Shown in pieces: positions 48,951 through 60,400 of a DNA stretch of 64,000 bases. A model generated the notes under the pieces. The model did not search any database, was not told the origin of the DNA, and saw only the letters and a program-made list of their open reading frames with translations. Every line of letters starts with the position of its first letter. The stretch's first letter is position 1. The stretch is from contig NW_027452515.1 of the NCBI RefSeq assembly GCF_964194025.1, positions 1-64,000 on the forward strand. The letters run 5' to 3'. The stretch comes from Convolutriloba macropyga. Lineage: Eukaryota. Both the position numbers and the translations under genes were made by a program.

Positions 48951-51900
48951 TTATTCGTCGTCGATTCCGAATCCTTTTGGGTACTTCACTGCGCGTCTTT
49001 CTCGTGTTTTAGCGATGGAGTTTACTGTTTTGTCAGTTTTGGTTCCCAAAAGTTCTGCAAATGTTTTTGGTTTGCACATTTCCCTCTTGGCGCTTATAGA
49101 TGTTGACTGTGTTTCACTGAGGTCCCTCAAGACAATTTTTGGCTTGTGTGGTCTTTGGGGCAGTGGTGTAGAATCAATCTCTTTGGCTGGGGTTACAAAA
49201 GGGGTCTTGTTTTCTTGTGTTTTGTCTTGTTCCGGAGTGATCGGTTCTGCTGGTATCTTAGTCTTAGTGGGCCTTTTAGTTGAATGTTCTCGCTCTGCAA
49301 AGAGATCATAGAAAAATTCTCCATCCTCGTTAATCCATTTGAAGGGACTCTCTTGTTTGGGTCGTCTTGATGTAATTTCTGGGGTGAAAGTTTTATTGTT
49401 TTCTTCAATGTGAATTTCCTGGTCACACGTATTTTGGCGTCTGAGCCATTTCTCTTGATGAGATGATCTTGTTTCCATTCTGGGTAACTCGTCTTCCTCC
49501 TTCACAGCCTTCAATCGATTGTAGTGGACTATCTGCCCTTTCTTGAGTTGTGTCTTTTGAGATTTTTTAGTTGACTTCTGAGGTCCTTTCGATGATGTTA
49601 TATGGTCCGATCCAGGGAAGAAAAAAACTTCCTTGATTTTGCTTTTTGGGGTGCGAAAAGCCAAACTTTCTCTCCTGGCTTTAGTTCTTCTTCAAAGACG
49701 TTTTTCTGATACTAATCTTTTTGTCTTCCTTGTCTGTAGCCAAGGTTCTCTCTGGCATTCATATGTGCGTCCCCAATTGTTCATTGAGCCATCTTGTGAT
49801 TTCGTAGTTGGCAATTTCGTGACCAGGTTGCTTTCGGGAGTAGCAGGTCAATCGGGTATTTGCATTCTTGTCCAAACAAAAGTGAGAATGGAGTCTGTCC
49901 TGTTGTTTTGTGTACGGTCGTATTATAGACGAAGTTGAGATAGGGAATCATTTGATCGCAGCTACTTGGATTGTTTGCGCAGTATTTGGAAATAACATCA
50001 GCATCAACTCTGTTGTGACGTTCTACCATACCATTTCCCTAAGGGTGATATGGAGATATTCTTGTCTTCTCTATTCCAAAAATTTTGCACACTTCTAGTA
50101 GTAGTTCGCTGCAGAAGTTTGCTCCTTGATCGGTGTGAAGGCAATCATGTGCTCCAAACGTCAAAACCCAGTTCTCCACAATTGCTCTAGCAACATCTTC
50201 GGCCGTAGTTCTTTCTAAGGGAACGCAAACCACGTATTTCGCGAAATAGTCCGTCAATACGAGTATGTGTTTTGCACCGCTTGCCTTTGCTCGGGTAACA
50301 GGTCCAAGGGTATCTGCTGCCATTTTGCTGAATCGGATCCCAACGTTGATTGTCTGGAGAGGGGCTATTCTTTTCTTTCCAGCGTTACTTCGTGCTTGAC
50401 ACAGGGTGCAGTTCTCACATTTTCGTTCAATGTCTATTCTTATTTTTGGCCACCAAAACCTCTGTCTTGCCCTGTCCAAGGTCTTTTGAAAAGCAAAAAT
50501 GGCCTCCACTGAGTTTTGAATCGTGAAGTTGTTCCAAAACTGTCTCTCTGAGTCCCTGCGGTACTATAAGTTGTTTTTGAGTTGTATTGCTTCCTTCTAC
50601 ATGCCACTTCCTTTACAGCACGCCATCAGTTAGTTCCATCTGGTCCCAGAGGCCCCACATCGCTACTGCATCTTCTCCTTGTGCTATTGCGTTTGTCTTC
50701 TTGATTTTTAAGTCTCTCAGCGGATTTTGGTCTGGATGTTTCTCAGCGTTTGCCCATTGCAAGATGAGACGTAAGCAGGTATCGTTTCTTTGAGCCAGCC
50801 TAAGTAAATTTACGTCTTCTTGAAATTGGATACTCATTGGTTCGTTCGCGTCCTGGGCTGTAACTGAGTTTATTCTTACGAGCGCGTCTTCCAAAGAGTT
50901 AGCTGATAGGCAACTTCCAAACATAACCAGTCTCTCGGCTTCAGTTAGCTCAGGTGTGATGCTGCACTGTCTTGACAGTCCATCTGCATTCCCGTGCTTG
51001 TCTCCTGGTCTATGTACTACTTGAAATTTGAATTCTTACAGTCTTTGAAGCATCCTGAATATTATCCCGTCCTTGTTTTGTCTAAATAACCACTGTAGCG
51101 ATGCATCATCTGTTCTGAGCACAAATTGAGTTCCCCAAAAGTAAGGCTCAAACCATTCCATCGCCTGAATGACTGCTAATGCTTCTCTTTCTGTTGTTGA
51201 GTAACGACATTCTGCTGGCGTCAAAACTCTGCTCGCGAAAGCGACTGGGTATTCTACTTCATCTTCATTATTAGAGAGCACTGCCCCTAGACTGTTGTCA
51301 TTTGCATCCGTGTCCAGGATAAAAGGAGAGTTGTACTCCGGATGCTTGAGTACTGAGCTATCAATCAAAGCCTCTTTCAGGTTCTCGAACGCATTATGGC
51401 ATTCAGGGTTCAAGTGAAACGGCTGTTCTTTTTCGTTATCTGGTGAAGAGGTTTCGCTATCCCAGCAAAGTCTTTGATGAAACGTCTGTAGTGATTGCAA
51501 AATCCAATAAAAGACCTCACTTCGGTAACGTTTTCTGGTCTTTTCCAGTACCGTAATGCACCGAGTTTGTTTTCATCTGGTGCATTTACCTCTGGGCTCA
51601 GTTTGTATCCTAGATAGGTTACGAATTCTTGAAAGAGGCGACATTTCTTGGGCTTGAGTTTAAGATTGGCCTGGCGAAGAGCGTGAAAAACGAGGCGCAT
51701 GTGTTTTTCGTGTTCCTCCACATTTTTACTAAACACCAGAACGTCGTCCAAGAAGATGAGGACAAACGAGAAGAGATATTCATTGAAGATACTTGTCATC
51801 TGTATCTTCAAGTCGCTGGAAGGTTCCCGGTGCATTGCAAAGTCCGAATGGAAGTCTGAGGTACTCGGAGTGTCCACCATCGGGAGTGACGAACACAGCT

Positions 51901-52931
51901 TTGGTATAGCACTTTCAGCTAAAGGGACTTGCAAATATCCAGAGGCTATGTCGAGGCTTGAGAAAATCATTGCTCCATGAAGATGATCCAGTATCTGGTC
52001 AATTCGCGGAAGGGGAAAAATGTCTTTCTTTGTCACTTCGTTTAGTCGTCGGCAGTCTGTGCACATTCGATTGCTCCCATCCTTTTTGGAAACGAGAACG
52101 ATTGGCGCACTGTACGGGCTGTTTGATTGTCGGATAATGTTTAGGGCCAGCATGTCCTCAATCTCCTTCTTAACCACAGTGATCTTTCCAGGTGCAAGTC
52201 TATGGGGAGAAAGCTTGATGGGCAGCGTATCACCTGTATCAATTTCATGCTGAAACAAGTGTGTCTTTCCAAGTTCCTTGTCGTTCATTACAAACACATC
52301 TCTGAACTCTCGTAGCAGTGTTCTTCTGTCGTCTGTTTGTTGGTTTCTGTCTGGAATTGCTAAAGAATAAATCTGTTCTAAATCTTCATCGCATGATAGG
52401 ATTAGGCTTGTTTCTGCAATTACCCCGTGCTGTGTTTCTTCCGTTGTTTCGATTTGATCAAGACCGGATTCTGCATCCGTCTAACAAAGATGTACGTGCC
52501 TGGGGACTTCAGTTCTATCGGCAAATTGCAAGTTTACAACATTGTTTTTTTTTCTCCATCATCAGCTGCTTTGAATGGAAGTCGATTGATACTTTATTCA
52601 GCTCCATCACTTGGGTTCCAAGTATCAAAGGCAAGTCTGTGTTCGGGGTCACCAAGAGATCGGTTTTCACTTTAACCCCGGTGCCGAACTTTATTTCGCC
52701 AGTGAAAACACCAAGTATTTGGAAAGGATCATTGGTGGCCGAAAGAACTTCTTCTCGGAATGGTCTGAGTTTGGAACGCTGTTCGTACTGTGAGTAAGCT
52801 TTTTCTGATAGAATGTTCACATTGCTCCCAGTATCCACTAACGCTTTGTGTTTTTGTCCGTCAAGATCAACCATCACGTAGACTGTAGGTCCAAAGACTG
52901 GTTCGGCTTGAACTTTGCTGATACTGCTCAC
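48951..52931 (-). pseudogene. pol: Ty3/Gypsy pol (protease, RT, RNase H, integrase, long charged C-terminal tail), frameshifted
   Basis: ALVDTGS; SPYSAPIVLVSKKDGS, FPLPRID, IFLDDVLV; FILDTDA, YSTTEREALA; RFWWP, CTLCQ, LHTDQGANF, VERHNR. Confidence 0.95.
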
Positions 52932-52952
52932 TTGCTCTGAGTTCGCTCTCTG

Positions 52953-54062
52953 TCAAATGCTTTTTACGATTGGTTGTCTATCGGTGTCCAAGTTTGCGGA
53001 TATACCCAGTTGTTTTGTTCCTTTCTGTGGACACTGATTTGAAAAGTGCCCAAACTCGCGGCAATTATAGCACTGCATCGCAGACGTTCTGGGTAGAGAG
53101 CCTTCCGGTCTTCCCGGACTTCTACTCTTAAATCTGGTTTGACTTGATTCAGATAGAAAACTTGTTTGGGTCTCAAGGATCTTCTCCATGATCTGTGTAT
53201 GTCGCTCTTGCTGCTCTAGCATCTGATTGAAGCCTCTGGTCTGAAACTCGATCATTTGATTGAAACCCAATGACAGAGGGGTGCTAAGTGCTCTAAAGTC
53301 AGCTTTTTCTGACTCATCATGATCTTGTTCACCCTTTGTTCATCTCACATGTCCGTTTCTTCGTCCTCGCAGTCGACTGGATTCCGCTTTACTGATGGCG
53401 TCTAGAGCAATGGCCCGTTGTGTAGCTGCATTGAAGCTGCATTGAGTATACATCTGATTTTGCTGTCCAACAGTCCATCCATAAAGGCATCTTTGTTAGC
53501 TTCCTGTGGTCCCGCAACATAACGATGAGCATTGGTTGCCTCTCCTAACTTACGAACTTGCCTTGAGAACTCTTGGATTGACTCTGATTCCAATTGCTGA
53601 AGATTTTTGAATTCGGTGCGGGCACTCCTTGCTTTCGGAAAGTCGCCGATTCTGTTGTTAAGAGCGTTCAAAACTCTCGCTATGGTCGGGGCTGGTTGTC
53701 CTTGCACTTGTTGAAAGTAATGATTGGGGAGATTATAATACTCATCTAACGCATAAGTGTTCAAACACGTGGGTAGGACCTCGCGTTGTCTCTGGTCATC
53801 CCAATTATTGGCAGTTGACATTGATTCGAAGTGTCTAACCCATCTTTCGAAGCTATCGAAGTCGCGGCTAGGGTATCGGAGGGGGTTGAGAAGGGGTGGT
53901 GCTACGACTATTTGTTGTTGATTGTTCGCCTGGTTCTGTTGTTGCTGTTGCCAGTTGTTTGGTGCGTTGTTCTTTTTTGGTAATTGAAGTAATTTTCGAT
54001 TTAAAACCAAATGACACGGAAAAAAATATATAGATGAGTTTTACTTTTGGAACGTATTCCAA
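52953..54062 (-). pseudogene. gag: Ty3/Gypsy gag with CCHC zinc knuckle
   Basis: FERWVRHFE..ANNW capsid-like motif, QLESESIQEF MHR-like motif, CYNCREFGHFSNQC. Confidence 0.9.
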
Positions 54063-54159
54063 AGATCTAATTCACTTGTTCTCTCAAATTCTAATTTTAC
54101 GTTTTTTTCTTTTTTTAATGTAAAATGCAAAACGGCCTTCTAATCAGAAGATTCTCTCT

Positions 54160-54169
54160 GTGGTCGCCA
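54160..54169 (-). promoter_or_regulatory. Primer-binding site TGGCGACCAC (tRNA-Arg type)
   Basis: 1 nt from the 5' LTR end; complementary to a ...GUGGUCGCCA 3' end as in animal tRNA-Arg. Confidence 0.75.
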
Positions 54170-54170
54170 A

Positions 54171-55767
54171 TATAGAATCTGAATATTTAGTGTGGAGGTT
54201 TTACCATATTCACAATTCCACAATTGTTTTTAGAATCTATATTTAAAGAAAACTACTGGACTGGATAGTAACTTCACTCCTACTCTTATCTACTACTCTT
54301 AACTAGACTAAAGGGTTATACCAGGCCCTCCGTTCAAGTCCTAAAGAAAGTATTTTCAGGCGCTATAGAGCTGTAGTCAATTGCCAATAATAATGATGAT
54401 TTTAGAATATGTTTGTAATGCCTCTCTATGTTGTGTGATATTTTAGCTTCTTAGAACTGTTTTACCAAATGAAATAAATTGGTGACTCTAAGATTGAGAA
54501 TTATACCAGGTCCTCAATTAACTTTCTAATTAATCGATCAACCAATATACTTAAAACAAATAGTAGATGAAGTGAAGAGCTCGTCGGTGTTCACTCCACA
54601 ACCCAACCTGACGAGTATTTACTAACTCGATAGAACGTTAAGACATTGCCCATCAGGTACTTCAGGTTACTGCAGACCGTTTTAATTGTCCACTTGGTTC
54701 ACCTTTCCATACTACATGGGTTAACTTAACTTGCAGGCCTACCCTCAGAGTGGCTTCACTATGCTGTCTCCTAGAAAGAGCTTGGCCGATTATTACTCTC
54801 AAAAATCAATCGTCTTCATGTTGTCAGGGATTGGATGCTGTCCTCCAGTTCGTTAACCTAACTTAACCTAATTACTGATTGGTTGATCACTAGTCACCAA
54901 ACTAATTTAAATCCAATAAACTGAAGCTAGATTGAGTATGATTTCAGATCCTTAGAGATGTATTGTGAAGTTACTAAAATTGTACAATTACACTTTTGAT
55001 TTACAGAAAACCGAGAAAAACGATTAAGTTTTACCCAATCTTAATTACTACAAGGCTAAGCTTCCTTCAGAACAACTAGTTACAAATGCCTATGAGTGCC
55101 AAGTATCGAAGCGTTTAGCAAATACCTAAGAGATACCAATTTAAGCTCTACTAAGTTACAAAAAAAGGTCTAAAAAGAGAAAGTAGTGGAAAATTTGCTA
55201 AGTTAATTTAACGAAAAGTATAGTTACCAGAGTATACTAGTTCAAACAATTATTACAATTTTCAGTACCACGACAGAGATCTGTTAACTCACTCGTGTAA
55301 TAAAATTTACTCCGCAATTTGGATTATCGCGACAATATAATTATTTTCAGACTGCTTTTGGTTACAAAAATTGGCTAAAATTGAGCCGTATATATACTGC
55401 TTATCTATGTTTGGTTATGATAGTTTAGTCCTATTTTTACCAAGTATTCCGAATTTTTTTGTGAAGAATACCTTTTTGGGAAAAAGTTTTCAGAAGTTCA
55501 TTCAAGACGTTGATAACCTAGGCCCCTAATTTGGGTTTCTAATCCAATTTTACGTGGGTGAGAATTTTGATGTTCAATCTCTGATATAATCTTTATCAGA
55601 GTCCATATTTACCTATTCAACCGTTCTCATCAGTTTAAATTTCTTCACCATTAATATCTTTGTACAGTTTCAATTTTAGAATTCGCTTTTGTGTTGGGAA
55701 TAATTCAAGGTCAGTATTAATTGGTTCTTTTCCGAAAAACGCTTAAGTTTAACTTTCCATTCCTACA
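54171..55767 (-). repeat. 5' LTR of Gypsy element (1597 bp)
   Basis: Direct repeat of 42042-43623. Confidence 0.95.
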
Positions 55768-56276
55768 GCCATTATGCCCAGTGTACTTTGATATTCTCTT
55801 TCAAATAATTTAATCCCATGCTCGGTTGTAGTAGTTTCATATCAAGCCCTACGGGCCTCTGAGGCAGGACCATGTCCCTTACGTAAACATATAATCGGCA
55901 TTGGGTATATTGGCATTCGGTGAAATGGAATTGGTTAAATTGCCTGGACACCATCCCACACATTAAGGCCACTTATATGTATTATGATATGTTTCATGGA
56001 GTTAATGAGGTAAAATGTACGAAATGATTCATTTTGTTTAGCAGGGGCTGACTAGTAATGTTGACATTGTTCCAATATTATGCTTGGAGGAATTCCGTCT
56101 TTTTAATGACTTTGATCTCTCAATGTAATTCATCCTAAGAAGCCTCCTAGACTTTTTAATATTGGAAGCAATAGTTGTCAAAACTAATTTGGGATTGAAA
56201 AGCTTTTTTCATTCTCTATCTATGGAAAATTTGAATTCTCCAAGCGGTAGCTTTTGTGAAAGATGCTATTACAACC

Positions 56277-56334
56277 TGTTATCTTTTCTTTAGTCTGATC
56301 CACTTTCAGAGACAACGACTGGTTTTCAAGAGTT
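56277..56334 (-). repeat. 58-bp terminal (U5) fragment of a third BEL 2 LTR
   Basis: Matches 57030-57087 with 3 mismatches. Confidence 0.88.
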
Positions 56335-57010
56335 AAATTATATTATGCACGCTTTGCGCTGTGGGGAGGGTTTTGTCTGATCACGGTCGCAAAGAAACAC
56401 CCTAACCTGGGGAGGATACTGTTTTACCTTTTAGAAAATTTTGTGCCTAGAGACAAAAATTTTTGCACTTGCGTGTCAGCAGGTGCAAAACTGTAAATCA
56501 GAATCAGCTTGAGTATCTGTTTGAATGTAAGAAGGGCTTAATCAAACCCTGAAATTTTAAATGCTCTTTCGCTAGACTTAGGGTCAGAGAGTTTTAGCTG
56601 AACTAGAACGTGCTATGATCTAAGAAAGATCAGGCTATGCTACCTATGTATATGTTCGACTATCCCCGTCGTCAGCCTATGCGTTGGTTCAAAAGAGAAC
56701 CCTATGCGTTGGCTCAATCTAATTAGCAAATGTGGGACCTCTAGCCGCATGGACTAGAGAACTGCATTGAGCGGATTGCATCATTATGTTCGGAGTGCAA
56801 CGAACGATGCAGGGGGTAGGTCATCGAACTGTAACTTACTTAGAAAGCCTGACAGCCTAGAAATTTGAAGTGCTAAAATATCAGATGGAAAAAATCTATA
56901 GCACGTTTAATTCAGCTAGGTGGTTGGATTTTTTAAAGTTTTAGTGAAAAACTACAAGTCAGAAATTTTAAGTTGTCTCTGTATTGTGAGTCGATTAATC
57001 GGTTTTAAAA

Positions 57011-57024
57011 CCGAGGATGCGCCA
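57011..57024 (-). promoter_or_regulatory. PBS-like TGGCGCATCCTCGG following the internal LTR
   Basis: TGG-initiated motif 5 nt downstream (minus strand) of the LTR CA end; tRNA unassigned. Confidence 0.6.
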
Positions 57025-57029
57025 AAATT

Positions 57030-57492
57030 TGTTATCTTTTCTTTAGTCTGATCCGCTTTCAGAGACAACGACTGATTTTCATGAGTTTATTTTGCTGTGT
57101 GTTCTTCTATAAGCTTGTATGCTTGTTAAATAATAGCTTACAAAGGTGTGGTTTATACCCGAATTTACTATCAAAGTTAAGTGTGGCACAATGAAACTCA
57201 TGTATGATAATGAATAAAAAGGTTTGGCATTAAAAATCAAAGTTAAAGATATGACTTTTGCAGCGATTATGAATATGAACTCAACAAATTTGAACTAAAT
57301 AATAAGGGCAAGGATTGGGGGGCTAAACGATTACGGACCGTTTACACTCCGGCAAGCAAAAACAAAACTTAGCAAATAAATTTAACAGAACAGAACGAAA
57401 TAATTGACATCAGAAATTCAAAATTACTGCCTCAAAAGTTTCCGCTTAAGTGAGTTTTATGCATCAATTTGACATGATTGAAGGAGTATTCA
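57030..57492 (-). repeat. LTR of BEL element 2 (463 bp, TG...CA)
   Basis: Minus strand starts tgaata right after purine-rich ggagggtgaa and ends ataaca; its end is repeated at 56277. Confidence 0.8.
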
Positions 57493-60400
57493 TTCACCCT
57501 CCGCGGCCAACGAAGAAGAAGAATCATTGTCAGTTTCAAACACCTTGCCCAATCTCACTGCGGGACGTTGCACCATGCCAGTACTGGTCTTGATGTCGAA
57601 GCTTCTGGCCACTCCATCTCTACTCAAATGTGCTTTGACAATCCGACCAATGAGCCAATTTCCTCGGGGTGTAAAATCTTTGTAGAGCCAAACAACATCG
57701 TCTTCCTTGAGCTCAGCGTTGGCCTGCTGCCATTTTGTCCGTCTGTTAAGTTCCGGTACAAATTCTTTGAGAAGACGAGACCAATAGTGGTCCAAAAGGG
57801 TCTGTGTCCAAGTCTTTAATTGAAAACCGGGTTCTGTTGTTTGCCAGAGGTTTTAGGCAGAAGTGGCGTCTTCTCATCAGGAAATGATTCAATCTTAATG
57901 GTTCCTCGTCAGTCAAAGTGCTCCCAACATGCGTCAGTGGGCGTGAATTAAGAATTCCTTCTGCCTCCGCTACAACTGTATGGAAGACTAAAAAGTTTAG
58001 TCGGCGGCTTCCGAGGACAACAAGTAGGCTTCGTTTAGCCGACTGGATAAGTCGTTCCCAAACCCCTCCGAAGTGCGGTGCCAGAAGTGGGTTGACCGTC
58101 CACTGGATGTTCTGTTGGGCCAGCTGGAGACGTATGTAATTGTTGTCTGGTTTGTAGTTTTCCTGAAAATTGAGTTTCATTGCCTGGTTAGCTCCAACTA
58201 AGTTTTTCCCGTTGTCCGAAACAATGACATCAGGGTATCCTCGTCTGGATACAAAACGTTGAATAGCCATTAGTAGACAGTCAGTAGAGAGGTCCTCACA
58301 AACTTCCAAGTGTACTGCTCGTGTGACCAAGCATGTAAACATGCAGACATAATTGAGTTCTGTCTGGGTTCTGGATTTTTCAATGTGAAAGGGTCCGAAT
58401 ATGTCCATTCCAGTATTCACAAATGGGTAGAGTTTGGAGTGCTCTGGAAAGCGAAATTTTGGTAGAGGAGCCATCTTCGGTCTGACATTGTCTGCTCGCC
58501 AGCGTCTGCAGATGAAGCAGTACTTCCCTAAAGTTCTAAAGTTCTTAGAGCTCTGCAGATTCCAACTATCATGAACGTTGCCTGGATATGTGCACGAACA
58601 TGTTCAATTCCATGTTGCCCGCAGTCGTGATGTGCTTTCTCAATAAGCAGTTTGGCAACTCTGCACTTGCTGTGGAGTATCATCGGATGTTTGCTCTGAA
58701 AAGGCAATCCAGATTTTTGAATTCGTCCCTCAACACTAAGTAGTCCGTCGCTATCCAGAAAGGGTGTATATGGTAATAGTTTGTTCTTCTTGTCTAGGGG
58801 TAGTCCACTTTGAAGTCGAGAAACTCTGTCCTTGAAGTGTGTGGACTGAGATATCCTCAAGAGAAAGCTCCGAGCCTTGTTTTCGTCAGCCGCGAAGTCG
58901 TCCAAGTCGCAAGGTATGTCGCGTTTGATCAACCTCTTCAGTACGCGCACTGCTCGAAACACTGTTCTAATTGTGCTAAGGAGTCTAGGCCAATTTGAAA
59001 ATCTGTTTGGATCTACCAACGGTTTTTCACTGGTCTTGACATCAACTTGAGTGGCGCATGTTTGAGCTGTTTTGTCACCGGAGAATGTCCACTTGCTCTC
59101 AGGTTTGATCAGGAAAGAAGGTGCTGTTATCCACAATTTTTGAAGATCGCATGGAGCTAGACCTCTGGTACCATGATCAGCCGGGTTCATTTTCCCTGGT
59201 ACGTGTCGCCAGTCGTCTTTGTTTGAGTTCTCAGCAATTTTCTTGAGCCTATTTGCGATGTACATCTTCTGTCGATCCTTTGATTTGATCCAGCTGAGTA
59301 CTGCTGTGCTGTCGGTCCAAAAATTTTTGCTCTTCACATCTATTGTCATCTCGGTCTCACAGAAGCCTGCTAGTTCTGCTCCCAGTGTAGCTGCTTCGAG
59401 CTCCAATTTGGGAATGCTCATCTGTTTGATTGGTGCCACCTTGGACTTGCTGATGACGTAGTGGGTAGCTATCGAGCCGTCAGCGGAGATTGTCCTCAGG
59501 TACACCACTGCTGATACTGCTGAAAGTGAAGCGTCTGTGAAGGTGTGCAACTCCTGAGTTCCATCGACGTTGGGAACTAGACATCTGGGGATTTGAATTG
59601 AAGGCATATTCTCGAAGTCTTCCATCCATTGCTGAATTTCGTCGTAATGTTCCTTTGATAGTAGCTGGTCCCAATTGTGTCCTTGTTTGACAACTTTTTG
59701 CAAGATGCACCTCAGTCGAATTGCAAAGGGCGAGATTATTCCAATGGGATCAAACAAAGAAGCAGCCATTGAGAGAAGCTTTCTCTGTGTGATATTCTCT
59801 CTTTCATAGCTCAGTTTGGGTTTCGCAAAAAGAAGTTGATCGGATTCAGGATTCCATGTTTGACCGAGTATCCTTTGTAATTTTAGAACTCCAATTCTGT
59901 CTTCCTCTGGAATCTTTTCCAGCACAGCAGGGTTATTGCTGAGAAACTTGGTGAGGTTGAATCCCCCTTGTTTTGAGAACATGTTTCAGCTCAGTCGCTG
60001 TATTTGCTGCCTCTTCCTCTGTTGAGAATGTTTGAATGAAGTCATCCATGTAGAATTGTTTTGTGATTGAGTCAAAAATTTTTGGATGTTCTTGTCTGTT
60101 ATCGTTGGCGCACTTTTGCAGAACAAAAATTGCGCAGGCAGGACAACATGTTGCTCCAAAAATGAGTTGTTGGTATTTGGATGTCCTCTCCTGATCATTG
60201 TCGCTCCACAAATAACGGAGAGCATCTTGGTCTTCTTCTCTGATTCCAACTTGCATGAACATAGCCCCTATGTCTGCTGCTACTGCAACCTTGTACTGAC
60301 GAAACCGTAGAAGAAGTCCATGTAGATTGCACAAAAGGTCTGGTCCCGTTAGCAGTGCATCGTTCAAAGAAACCCCTTTGTATTTTGAGGCTGCATTTTT

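Larger units (their letters stand above)
42042..55767 (-). mobile_element. Full-length env-bearing Ty3/Gypsy LTR retrotransposon, decayed
   Basis: LTRs 42042-43623 and 54171-55767; perfect 5-bp TSD GCCAT (42037-42041, 55768-55772); PBS, PPT and gag-PR-RT-RH-IN-env order. Confidence 0.96.
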
